A stretch of DNA of 62,933 nucleotides, counting the filler, from Octopus bimaculoides (lineage: Eukaryota), in the NCBI RefSeq assembly GCF_001194135.2. It is 4 parts of 3 records of this genome, joined end to end, with 100 filler letters (N's around TTAATTAATTAA, not from the genome) between each part and the next. Parts side by side here need not be neighbours in the genome. Positions count along the whole stretch, not along the records: positions 40,573 to 51,507 come from NC_068983.1; positions 51,608 to 62,933 come from NC_068983.1; 2 more parts are not named here. One strand, given 5' to 3'. A model generated the notes under the pieces. It did no database searches and had not been told where the DNA came from. It saw only the letters and a list, made by a program, of their open reading frames with translations. A program made the position numbers and the translations under genes. Shown in pieces: positions 50,659 to 62,933 of this stretch. How positions within the stretch are numbered: position 1 is the first letter of the stretch; each line of letters begins with the position of its first letter.

Positions 50659-50848
50659 AGAAAGAAAGAAAGAAAGAAAGGAAGGAAGGAAGGAAGGAAG
50701 GAAGGAAGGAAGGAAGGAAGGAAGGAAAGAAGAAAGAAAGAAAGAAAGAAAGAAAGGAAAGGAGGGAGGGAAGAAAGAAAGAAAGGAAAGGAGGGAGGGA
50801 GGAAAGAAGGAAGGAAGGGAGGAAAGAAGGAAGGAAGGAAGGATGGAA

Positions 50849-50912
<64 letters not shown>
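50659..50912. repeat. Compound (AAAG)n/(AAGG)n purine tract
   Basis: Direct reading. Confidence 0.95.
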
Positions 50913-50913
<1 letters not shown>

Positions 50914-51289
50914 GCAGGCAGGTAAGCACAATTAGTAAACGTCTTAATGCTGAATACTTTGCCAAATGATAGATCAGAAACTGTAGCTAATTATTATAAA
51001 GAAATACTTGAATAAGAAGTTGAAATAAATATAAGAGATGCTTTGCCCCACACAGAAACAGCATGAACTTCTTAAAAGCAATTGCAAGTTCTTGTCCAGG
51101 TAATGGCTAAAGTCATCACAATTCTGGTAACTTTTCCATATCAGCAGCAGGTATCTCAGGATAGGTAACAAGTGCTTCACCCCTTAGCCTATACGCTTTA
51201 ACTGAGTCAGGCAGTGAAGACTGAATTAGCCTTAGCCTGTGGAGGGGTTCCATCTGTGGTTTCTCATCAACCACAACCTTCTTGGCAGA

Positions 51290-51460
51290 GGTATGTAGTA
51301 GCTTAGTGGTTAGGGTGTTGCACTTATCTGTTGTAATATTGTGGTTTCAATTCCTAGATCTGATTACGTGTTATATTCTTGTGCAAAACACTTCATTTCA
51401 CATTGTTCCAGCTCACTCAGCTGACAAATGCGACTAATCCTGCAACAGATTGGCTCCTGT
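51290..51460 (+). mobile_element. tRNA/CORE-like SINE head
   Basis: tagcttagtggttagggtgttg...gtttcaattcc...ttgtgcaaaacacttcatttcacattgttccag. Confidence 0.6.
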
Positions 51461-51507
51461 TTAGTGTGGGGGGTGGTAAGCGATATATATATATATATAT
51501 ATATATA

Positions 51508-51607
51508 NNNNNNNNNNNNNNNNNNNNNNNNNNNNNNNNNNNNNNNNNNNNTTAATTAATTAANNNNNNNNNNNNNNNNNNNNNNNNNNNNNNNNNNNNN
51601 NNNNNNN
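51508..51607. other. Artificial scaffold-join spacer N44-TTAATTAATTAA-N44
   Basis: Identical to the spacer at 23493. Confidence 0.95.
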
Positions 51608-51955
51608 TTGGTTATTTGATGACGAGCATGGATGGCCATCTGTTGGAATATTCCGGTTGTGGGGTACTTCCAGCTCCTGTGTGTCGGGAAGATTTGAACC
51701 AGTAGCAGATTTCTCGTCTCGGATCTGGTTCATTATCCGAGTAAGTGGTCCTTTATAATCCGGTCTATGACCATTGCGGTTTATATTTTGTTTTATTAAC
51801 AGTGAGGCATAACAAGCTTCGACGTTGACGCTAGGGGACGGATCTGACTGTTTAGGGTAAGTTTTTTGAGACAACATCGTCTCCAAGCTTTCGTGACGTA
51901 GCTTCTTAAGGCTAGCAGATCTATTTCGAGTGAGTGGCCCTTTGTGATTCGGTCG

Positions 51956-51956
<1 letters not shown>
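51608..51956 (-). mobile_element. Probable 5' end of a non-LTR element: short 5' UTR plus an ORF (ATG 51877) open for 90 codons into the join
   Basis: Starts directly at an (AAT)n tract, CpG-rich, no stop; no diagnostic motif, so identity is inferred. Confidence 0.4.
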
Positions 51957-52004
<48 letters not shown>

Positions 52005-52256
52005 CTATTATTTTATTATTATTTTATTTCTCAGAGAGTTCGGTCTTGTTTGCTCTGGATGATTCTGTGAGAGGGGACAGCAGCCTGTTGTCAGAGGTCT
52101 CACAGTGCCTCTTTCCGAATTTTATAAGCTTTGGTACTTAGTTCTTAATTACTGTGGAAGACATTCAACATCCAAGTACCAATCTCAAGATCCTAGCTGT
52201 CCCCAGCAGAGAGATTTGTGGGGCTTCTGCTCTCATGTCTATTTCGATGTGTTTGA
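51957..52256 (-). mobile_element. R4/Dong-clade 3' end with (AAT)n tail
   Basis: ...[15 protein letters not shown] (stop 52165-52167), compare [12 protein letters not shown] at 8940; about 135 nt UTR, then (AAT)n at 51957-52025. Confidence 0.7.
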
Positions 52257-55200
52257 CATTTTTCTCGAACTTTCATTAGTATTATTATCATCATCATCAT
52301 TATTATTGTTATCATTAGCAACTGTAATGGCAGATGTGAGTTTTCTCCCCTTAGTGGAATTTGTGAAATTGCTATATTTTTGCTGTTAGTAATAATTTAA
52401 AACATTTATTTCCACGTAAATTTGCTCTGCAAAATTAACTAATGATGCGATGCTCGCATCACTGTCTTTTTTCTTGATGTAATTGGGTTACATGTTCAAT
52501 TTAACTCATTTAAAATACTCCTTGAAAACGAATTTTTCTTTTAAACAGGAGTGTTTTCAATGAAAGAAAATAGAAAGAAAGCAAAAACATGTAGCCCTAG
52601 AATTTCCCTTTGAATAACACCGAAGTGAATAAACGCGTGAAAATTGTCTTTGACTCTAACGGTCTGTATCAGTGGCAGCAACGACACAACCGTCAACACC
52701 AGCAATACAATCTCCATTAGACATATGTTGAAGTGGGTAGAGGAGGTAATGCCAGTGATTTTATTATTATTCGAATAGTTGTAACTTCAATGGACAAATG
52801 TTGAAGAAAAAAATCATATTGACAGCTTCCATCACCCCGGCTACGACTACTACAATAACAAATGATTTCAGCGCTAACGACAGGAAAACTAAATTGAGCT
52901 GCGAATCTTTCCTCAAAGAGAACTGCTTTCGCAAATTGCTGGGTCAATACCATATTGAAACCGCCTCCACCAAGAAAAATACACAAGCGTTTTTCTAGGT
53001 CTAATACCAGATCTAATACCATGAAAGAAGCAGATCAATAATATGATCGATGATAAAATTTCGAAGAAACTTCGAACTATTTAGTACCTCACTACTGCCC
53101 AAGCTGTAAAATAACTCCAAGTAATATTGCGTATTGTGTGACATTCAAAATAAGGAAGACAGGACGACATTATAATTATATATGCCATACTGAAAAAAAG
53201 AGACCGAAAATGTCTACATCGTATTGTGAGCAATTCACTTTCTTGATAACATACACAGGGTCAAGAACGTCCAGGGTCACGGTGCTGGAAGCGGAATTAC
53301 ATTAGGTGATACATCTTTAAAATCTGGTGAGAGCAATGGAGGACCAGTTTGAAATAGTTAGTGTCATATCCAACTTTAATGTGAATGTAATTGGGTAGCC
53401 TCGAGAGTTAATACTATTGAAATTTTTTTTTTAGATAGTAGCCTCAGTTGTTTAAACTGCTTCAAATATTTGTGGCATGTTGGAGTTAGTGTGGAACACA
53501 GTATCCAAAAATACTACAGTGTGGCAGCACTTATGATCTGGGACTCTTGCAGTAAATTAGAAGAACATGTAACATCTTGTAGTCAGGAACTTACAACCGA
53601 AACCTGTCATGAGTCTTAAGAAGATTTACTGTTTGGATTACGTATAAGTGACTGACAATAACAACACTCTCTCATTGAAAGAATTTCCAACAGCTGGAAA
53701 TCTATTACAGCAGAATTACATCAGAGCAACATGAAACGATCTGTTTGCATAAGAACAGAACGCACCGACAGGTCCAGTAATCGAAACCGCGATCTTACGA
53801 TAATGATTGTAAAACACTAACTACTACACCAAATGCCTTGACTGCGGCGAGCAGTAACAAAATGGTTTTAACTGCAATCACAAAAACAGAGGGCAAACAC
53901 AACTGTAACATTAAGGAACTCCATTACCGATACCGTAGAAACATTCGATAAAAGCATACCCTTCTCACAAATTACACACACATCGGAATAATAAAAGTAT
54001 TCAAACGCAAACTATATAGACCTAAGGGAACAGGTCATGGGCACATGCGCAGGCATTTTTCTGCCATTCTGTATCTGCGAATTATGTTACACATAGACTT
54101 TGTTAAGCGATGAGATTAGATGAAATATATGTGGCAAAACGTTGAGAAGGGATAGGAGAAGAAAAGAAACCAGTTTTGGTGATATTACAATGAAAGATGG
54201 GAGGACTAATGAGACATCTAATTACCGACCAGTCATGCACCTGCCATCAACTCTAAAACAGCAACTGAATAAGCAACTATATACAACACAAAGCAAAACC
54301 AACAAATATCTAAACACGCAATAAATAACTGCAACGATATTAGGCAATATACTATAAAAAAACATAACTGCCGAGCCCGTAGCCATTCTATCGACAAAAG
54401 AAACAACAAAGCAACAAATACAAACCAATATCGCCAGCATAAAATATTAACGAAAAGCTTACAGCAACAACGAAAAGAAATGTGGCAGAAGCAGGCAGCA
54501 GTTAACATCCACCAACAAAATAAACGAAGCATAAACCATCTAAACATGTATGTCTATCAATTCGTCGATGTGTCTAATTATGTTGTTGTAATTTTTCATA
54601 ATGCCATGAAATATTTCCGTGTATTATTTCATATATCTCATAAAATGTCCAGTTATATATTAATTCCCAACTTATTCAAACAGTTTAACTATAAATTTGC
54701 CGTTTATAGCAAATATGTGCTTTATACAAATTAAAAGAAAATCAAAAGTTGCCATGGAGTAAGAAAATTGAAAAAAGAAAAGTATGTCAATAAAAATATC
54801 ACTATAATCTCTTGTATATGCTTTTTAAATGTGTTTTCGAAGATTAGAAGTTATGAAATACAGATTTTGAATGACTATTCAAACGGGTTGTGGTACAACT
54901 TTTGAACATTTTAACATTCTTTTGAAGTACTACGCTCACAAAATGGCGTGCTGTCCATCAGGTTGACGCATAACGTGATTGATGGATTACAGATTTAATT
55001 CCTAAATTGGGTTTTGTTTTTTATTTCTTACTTTAAGAATTTACATTATTTTGTTTTTAATACGTTATTGATTTATTCACTTCTTTTCTCTATTGATGTG
55101 TCAACTTCACTGTTTTAAATAGAAGCAAGTTAGACGACGAAGTGCATGGGAACAAAATACCCATAACACGAAAGAATTTTGAGGAGATCATCTCGAAAAC

Positions 55201-56338
55201 ACAAGAAATTATCTTCTTGCTGTAAACATATTTTTGAATTTTGCTCGATATGAAGAACTAATTCCCCCATATGACGAAAAAGTTTCCCAGATGAAATAAT
55301 TAGGAGTCGCGTAGAAGTGTCTTTCAGTGAAATATCTGCGGTGTAGTAAAGGAATTCATTTCATTTTCTTCTAATATATTCAGACTCTCTATGGGTTTTA
55401 AAAATGTACTTGGCCTGTTTGGTAACAAGTTGAAGTTATTGAATTTGGATGCGGTGGCTACCAGTGTTACCGTGCAGTTACTCACCCATCTTCTTGGCGA
55501 CTATTAGATGTGCATAACATTCAACTACCTAAGAATAGGATTTAGATTGAAATATTAATTATGTATCACGGGACGGAGTAAAGTTCTTGGATCCACAGAG
55601 TTAAGTCAATGGTTATAAGCTTCAGAATAGTGGAGCTTGCGTTCTATAATATTCCAAAAATTCAACATTTACTTATTTCTTAAATATATGCTTTGATCTT
55701 CATATATGTGATAGAAGAATTCTTCCAAGCTTTCATCAAACATTTGCTATGTCCACATAGCCTTGTTTTTATTTGCTTGACTTCATAAACATGTGTTAAG
55801 ATGTCTCCTTTGATTTCAAGTGAAGCGATTTTTCACTAAACTGATGCGTATTCATTCATTTTTCAGACAAATATATATCATTTGTAGTTGTTGAATACAT
55901 GAGATACATTTAATACACTGCCTCAATACAAAATTATCAGAGCCCCATGTAATCTGCTCCCAACCTCTCTTTCAAAACATGGTCATAGACACCGCTTTTC
56001 GCATATACGCTTCCCAGTGAAGCGTTTTTTGATTTTACAAAACGAATATACTATGCCACATAATTCTGATTTCGCAACGGTAGTGCTCTCATGAGCACTA
56101 ACCCCCCCCCCCCCACACACATGCACACACACGCGCACACACACACGCACACACTCACACACACGCATACACGCATACAGATATGCAGGATATGCAAAGA
56201 GATACACACACACATTTATGTATAAATGCACACATCCATACATTAGATATACATAGACATGCACCCACACATACGCACAGACGCTTCTAAAGAGATTTCC
56301 ATTAACATCGTGAGACATTTGATCTGCCCTAGAAAGCC

Positions 56339-57202
56339 TTGCTTCGGTCTTGTTCAAAGACTCGAGTTTTCTGTAAGTGCTGAGTCCTACAGAGGAGCGA
56401 GATTTTCCACTGCGTTTGAAGTCACTGACTGCTAATGTTGTCTCTGTGTTAGTTTTTGTCAAGTTTTCGGCAGCCTTTTCTTGTATCTTTTAAATGCTTT
56501 CCCATATCCTGCATCGTTTGCCAAATTTCATTCAGCGAGATTACATTTGCCTCTTGGCGACATCTTTCAAACGAAGACTAGTTCCCCTTCATGTTCTCCG
56601 GCTGGAAGCAAATTCAGAATGAAGAGATATTTCATGATACCTTTACCTCATATGATGTGCATGAAACATATCATCGTTGATGTAAGATGAAGCATATAAT
56701 CGTTGATGTAGGATGAAAATGCTGGGTTTTTTAGATAAAACAAATACCTTTTTTGCTGGGAATTTAGTATTTAGACTCCGTTGATGGAAACAATTAAAAT
56801 GTCCTTACTGTTTGAGGCAGGCTTAATCAGGACTCTCTCCCTTAGATTGTTGTGCTGAGGACACAAGCGTTGTAAATAGTAACTTCGTTAGAGCAACTAG
56901 CTATACATCGTAAATAGCAACTAGCTATACAACGTCCCCTTACTTTTTTCTAGATCGTATGTCATTGTAAATACTTCGATTGTTCTTCCAATATGCCTGT
57001 TTACCTGCGGCTCTAAATTGTTTTTGCCATCAATGATGGGCGTGAATTATGTGACCTTCTAGATTACTTTATAGTAGGAAACGTTTGTAGCAATGTCTAG
57101 GGATGCTCAATCCTGGTGCAGTCACTATAGTTTTAAAATCTCGCTCCTGTGTAGGGTTTCGGACTTGCAGCAAATTCTGATCTGTGAACAAGACCGAAGC
57201 AA
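56339..57202. repeat. Diverged 68-bp inverted repeat pair (56339-56406 / 57135-57202)
   Basis: 55 of 68 positions identical by hand alignment, including aaaatctcgctcct and tgaacaagaccgaagcaa. Confidence 0.85.
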
Positions 57203-58463
57203 ATTTTTCCAGTACATTCGTCTTTTTCAGAATGATGGTCCTGCCGTTGTATTAATAGTTTTGGAAACTGTTAATAATGCGATGAAATGGCACGTCTCAG
57301 AGTGGTGCTAGTCATCCCTAACCTGCAAACAATTTTGATGAGCAACAGACGTACATTTTCAATCTCAAACAAGACACACTGTACAGTTTAATGTTTAATT
57401 CCGTGTGCAAATAAACCCCAATCAATTGATGTTTTGAAAGCACACTTCGGCATTACATTTGAGGTGATAACCAAGTAGGAGAAACTATAGATATGAAAAA
57501 TGGATCTGATTCTATGGTGTTGATGTCGACCCCATTGAAACGCCATCGCTTTTGTACAACCATATTTGTCGATTGACAGAGAGAAGAACAGAACCACAAG
57601 GTCAAAGAACACGCACAGAAATATTCTTTCGAGCCCAATATTATTTACTGCTAATTAATATGTTGGATATTTATGCAGAGTAATTTTTATATATTCATCA
57701 AAACACATTGTTTTAATGGTTCTCTTTATGTCTCTGCCAAACAACAAACAGGATTTATCGAAATATTATCTCTTCCACAATATTGCCTACGGCGCCTTGT
57801 GTTCGTGCTTTACTTTATTCCTATAGTTACTATCCTATTTTTCTTATATCTAGGAGACATAAAGACTAAATGTTGCTTTATTGACATGAACACCACCTGT
57901 TTCAATTTAGAAGAAAATGAATATTTCCTTGGTAATGATTTTAGTACTATTTCTTTTTCACACAATACTTTGAATACCATTTGTTTTAAATGCAACATAA
58001 TAACAGAGATATCGTTTTATTGATGAAGACTTATTTAGTTGATTTCATATGTCATAGTTTTACTTTGCCGTGAATTTGAAGCATAGAAATCAGTTATAGC
58101 GTTGGATTCTATCTGTAGTGTGCAGCGGTTGTTTCCGATTATTCTACAAGGTAGTAGTTATTATATCTTCAAAACTGTGCATCATTTAATCGTTATTCTG
58201 GCATATTGTCAACCTACAGGTATATATTTGCCAAATTATTGTCTTTACCACGAGACAGATATCCTCACTAAGGGTTTGCGTTTTGGTTTTCTCTCGTTGT
58301 TTTTTTGTGTTCAATAAAACTGTGAGCCCGAAGTGTTATGTTGAAATGTCACCTATGAAGGATAATGTACATTGCTGACAATTTCTTTACACATTTTGCT
58401 CTTGACACAATGCTTATCCCAAGTTTTCAGAAAAGCAATCAGTATACGTAAGTGTTTACATAC

Positions 58464-58499
<36 letters not shown>

Positions 58500-59096
58500 A
58501 TGCATGTATATACCTTATGTGAAAGTATTTGTATGTGCATGTATGCTTCTGTGTACAAGATGTTATACCAACTAACGTCTTATATATTGAATCACAATTT
58601 ACTACCCCAGAAAAGAAAGAAACGACGAACTTGAGAATACAGTTCCTTGATTAAATATATCTAGAAGAGACGGATAGGTTTGCAGTAGTACGAATTTGGT
58701 CATAAATGACACCTTAATAATTCTACATAGTTTCTGATGCTATTATTTGTTTCTTTTAAGTATAATACTGGAGGATGATAGAATATCGCTTATCAGTTTG
58801 TAGTATCTCTCTTTTATAGACTTTCATGCTGAAGAGCAGATAACCTCTTCGAAGCGTATGCATTCATCAATCTAGAGTATGCATTCCCTTCGAACTGCCC
58901 AATTTTTTTCCATGACAAATACAGAGACTTGCTTGCTGTCATATTTGAATGGGTAACATGATCGTATAAATGTATGTATGTATGATGAATGTGTATGTAT
59001 GTATGTATGTGTGTGTGTGTGTGTGTTTCTGAGTACATATGTATAAATATGGGTATGTATATTTAAGCGTGTGTCTGTATACCTAACCACCGATAT

Positions 59097-59145
<49 letters not shown>

Positions 59146-60849
59146 GAAAGAGAAAGAGGAAAATACACACAGACACACACACCCGGACACACACGTTTAT
59201 TTTGCTTTTCATCTGTAATGTGGTTTCCGACACTGTTGCTTTCCCAGTCTCTTACTCTTTGATATAAAGAATATATATAAAAGAAAAAGAGAGAACACCG
59301 AAGAAAAACAAAGGTTATGTATGTAGTTCATTACATAACTGTTGTTTTTTCCGGTGTCATCTCTTTGTTCTTATTTCCACTCTGTTCTCATCTAATATTG
59401 TGTTCTGAAGCGTACGTTTATTGAGTTCTACACCAAGTTATTAGTGTCCCCATACCTAAGCTAAATACTAAATATATGTATAAATAAGTTAAAAATAATA
59501 TTTCATAAATATAAACATCTACAATCTCCAAAGTCAAGTAGTGTCAGAAATAAAAGCAGAAGAAACGAAACAGTTTCATTATAATCTAAAAAATTAAAGG
59601 ACATTATTATAAAAACAGAGATGAATGTAAGTTAAGCAAGAAGTCCATAATCTTTTAATCACCATGTGTATCAACCTGATGGACAGTATGCAATCTTGTG
59701 TTCGTGAATTCCAAATGAATCTTAAAATGTTTAAACTTACAAAAGAACCACCACTTACGATAATGATTTTAAATATTCATTTCAAGTTTATTAATCTTCG
59801 TAATAACAGAATAAAATAAATGCAGAGAAAGGGAAGCTGGCTAGATTCACCATTATTTTGAAAGAAGAGCACCTAACAAATTTATTGGGAGCTACATGTA
59901 TGGGTCAAAACACTTTGATTAAAATTCGTTGGCGCTCTTGAGCTTCAAGTGTGATGCTAGCCGTCAGCCATGTTGAATGTAAATTCAATTGCCGACGAAT
60001 AGGATTACGCTCGAAACTCAAGAGTACCCACGAATTTGATTCAAATTGTTTTGATCTATATATATATATAGATCATGATGAGAGGGATAACTTCCCTTGG
60101 CAAACAGGACACAGTAGTGTGTCGATAAGCCAGCTGGAGGAGATGTCCTCCTGGGTCTAAAAGCAACAGTAACATCCACCCTTAGGGGTCAGCCACACTT
60201 AAGTGGCAATATACTTCACTTTATCGTGCAGTTACTGTTAATACTTCATTTAGAGAATTAACATTGCTTGTTTTCACCTTTTCGATATCAGTTAAGAATT
60301 TCACTGGAAAAGTAGATATAAGATTGCCAGGTTTTTGTCTCTCTCACCAAGGTCAGTAGCTATCGAACGCCNNNNNNNNNNNNNNNNNNNNNNNNNNNNN
60401 NNNNNNNNNNNNNNNNNNNNNNNNNNNNNNNNNNNNNNNNNNNNNNNNNNNNNNNNNNNNNNNNNNNNNNNNNNNNNNNNNNNNNNNNNNNNNNNNNNNN
60501 NNNNNNNNNNNNNNNNNNNNNNNNNNNNNNNNNNNNNNNNNNNNNNNNNNNNNNNNNNNNNNNNNNNNNNNNNNNNNNNNNNNNNNNNNNNNNNNNNNNN
60601 NNNNNNNNNNNNNNNNNNNNNNNNNNNNNNNNNNNNNNNNNNNNNNNNNNNNNNNNNNNNNNNNNNNNNNNNNNNNNNNNNNNNNNNNNNNNNNNNNNNN
60701 NNNNNNNNNNNNNNNNNNNNNNNNNNNNNNNNNNNNNNNNNNNNNNNNNNNNNNNNNNNNNNNNNNNNNNNNNNNNNNNNNNNNNNNNNNNNNNNNNNNN
60801 NNNNNNNNNNNNNTATATATTTGCATGCATGCGCGTGGGTGTTCGTGCG

Positions 60850-61010
60850 TATCTTTGTTTTTGTGTTTGTCCCCCATCACCGTTTCACAACAGGTGTTGG
60901 TGTGTTTACGTTCCAGAACACTATCGGTTCGTCAAATGTAACCGATAAAATAATTACTAAGCTTAAAAAAGAATAAGTCCTCAGATCAAGGCGGTGCCCC
61001 AGCATGGCGA
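60850..61010 (+). mobile_element. SINE 3' half
   Basis: tttgtcccccatcaccg...cggttcgtcaaatgtaaccgataaaa...aagaataagtcct. Confidence 0.65.
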
Positions 61011-61852
61011 AGTGATTAAGCGAGGATATATAAAATTTAGTGACACAAAAGCATTACTTATATTTCTGTATTTTTATTATTGTATGTCTATGAGAGATGC
61101 TTTCTGGAGGCGAATTAAGGAAATCTTTCAACAGCATATATGTGTTAATTGTGATCGCTGGTTTCGACTAATATTGGTTCCATCGTAAATAACGAATTTT
61201 ATTCAGCTGGCCGGTTGAATGCTGTGGCTGAAACACGTAAAACATATATTAATTGAAGCATGGTTTTATCATGATTCAATGTAGTACAGGACTTGTACCA
61301 AGTTGAGGAGATTCCCAGTCTCTGGCTTTTTTCCCGTTTCGCTTTTGCAAGAAATATATAGAAACATTTCCATACAATGAGGTTAAAGCAATTAGAGGCG
61401 CTTAAGAATCGCAGATCATAAAGTACATAAGGAAACGAATCATATGCATACATTTATGGGTGCTTAGTTTTGAATGTGTACGTACATGCATAGTCATGCA
61501 TAGAACAAATCAACGAGTAAGTTATTATTTCAGTAATGATTTTATGAAAGTAGATACACATACACATTCCTATCAAATCCATTTTTTCTTTAAACTATAC
61601 GTTTTTATTTATACATTTGTAAAAATTTTTAATTCGACATTACATTTCTCGTGCGAGCAAAATTCAAGAATTTACGTCCTCCAATGCAGTCTGGTGATCA
61701 ATGAAATTGATCAAATATATTGATATTTCGATTCAGTTTATCCCATACCGCTACAATGAATCACGAATACATAGTTTACCAAAGTTTTGAATTCATATAT
61801 CTGTCTATATCTCTGTCTATATCCGTCAGTCAATCTTTCGATCATTCAAAGA

Positions 61853-61928
<76 letters not shown>
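61853..61928. repeat. (CTAT)n microsatellite
   Basis: Direct reading. Confidence 0.95.
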
Positions 61929-61964
61929 GTATCATCTCTCTCTCATATGTTTATGTATATATAT

Positions 61965-62280
61965 TTCAGTGGTTAGTCCTTCGGATTTACAAACTTGAGG
62001 TTGTGAGTTCAATTCCCAAATCGTGTCGTGTGATTTTCTTCTTGACGAATATATTCTATTTCACTTTGCTCCAGTTCATTCAGCTGTGGCAATGAGTACC
62101 GATGTCACTGGTGCCAAGCTGTATTGGTCTTTGCTTTTACTTTGGACAACATCAGTTGCGTGGAGGGGAAGGCTGGTATACTTGAGCGACAAGTAGTCTT
62201 CAAGGAACATCCTTCTCCAGACTTGTGCCTCGGAGAGGAAACTTTTAGGTGTATTCGTGACCAAAATGGATCTTAACCAT
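61965..62280 (+). mobile_element. tRNA/CORE-like SINE
   Basis: cagtggttag...gtgagttcaattccc...tttcactttgctccagttcattcagctg. Confidence 0.6.
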
Positions 62281-62334
62281 TATGTGTCTTTGTGTGTGTG
62301 TGTGCGCGCGCGCATATATATACATTTATATATT

Positions 62335-62612
62335 CTTTTACTTGCTTCAGTTAATTGACTGCGACCATGCTGAAGCATCGCCTTTAGTCGAACAAATCGA
62401 CACTAGGTCTTATTCTTTGTAAACCTAGTGCATATCCTATCGCTCTCTTTTCTCGAATCGCCAAGTTGCGGGGCCGCAAACACGCCAACATCGATTGTCA
62501 AGCGATGGTAGTGGTGGTGGGGATACGCTGACACAAATATATACATATATATACGACGGGCTTCTTTCGGTTTCTGTTTACCAAATCCACTCACAACACT
62601 TTGGTCGGCCTT
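62335..62612 (-). mobile_element. SINE tail (62335-62480) and second SINE fragment (62545-62612), CpGs retained
   Basis: tttacttgcttcagttaattgactgcgaccatgct; acgacgggcttctttcggtttctgtttaccaaatccactcac. Confidence 0.6.
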
Positions 62613-62933
62613 AATCTACCTTCCTCTAAATTGAAATTACTGCTATCTTACACCTCCAATTAGAATATATAGAAATTAAATTCATGCTTGATTCACTAGA
62701 CTGTTGATTAACAGCCGAGTCAAGATGATATTTTCTTCCCCTCCTACTCTTGTTTTTGCACACATCTACAAACTGACTTTATAAAATGAACTTCCATTAT
62801 GCAGCTGAGGAGTACATTTTTATTGCACATCTTATGTGGTGTTCTCACTATATAAATAAATGAAGTTTGTACCAAACGTACGTACTGCTATAACATATTG
62901 AATTTTTGTTGCTTTTTCTTCAAATATATATAT

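Noticed and set aside
54041-54389. GCACATGCGCAG motif and a 19-nt minus-strand ATG exon (MATGSA)
   Set aside because: Weak donor (gttatg), a single motif and no link to any gene; insufficient without expression data.
55983-56462. 159-aa minus-strand ORF
   Set aside because: Its N-terminal half overlaps an inverted-repeat arm and the rest is (CA)n-derived.
58825-58870. CTGAAGA...CGAAGC hammerhead-like motif
   Set aside because: GAAA box mutated, no NUH triplet with a valid stem III.

Overview
AT-rich, microsatellite-saturated metazoan DNA, most likely an octopus (inference from the SINE/RTE repeat families, repeat density and intron style). The window is not one contig: three identical 100-bp artificial spacers (N44-TTAATTAATTAA-N44 at 23493, 40473 and 51508) join four scaffolds. 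Two protein-coding genes can be rebuilt from splice signals. (1) A minus-strand septin of the SEPT2 group (fly Sep4 / vertebrate SEPT4-5-like): 9 in-phase exons from 23130 to 2110, with both ends missing from the window. (2) A complete plus-strand 5-exon gene (32385-37030, 479 aa) for a secreted protein: signal peptide, MIDAS-intact VWA domain, Thr-rich (TTTTRP)6 linker, then a degenerate MIDAS-less VWA-like domain. The rest is transposon debris (tRNA-derived SINEs, RTE, R4/Dong-type and L1/Tx1 LINE pieces, a decayed Tc1/mariner transposase, MITEs) and simple repeats. Best leads: the two-VWA mucin-linker protein, a degenerate type I hammerhead ribozyme at 12219-12263, a 60-bp intronic fold-back that could be an ADAR substrate, a septin Asn codon that A-to-I editing could return to the consensus Gly, and scaffold-specific CpG decay that questions the scaffold order. 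No prokaryotic system or CRISPR array is present. Most ORFs in the supplied track are microsatellite or N-gap artefacts.
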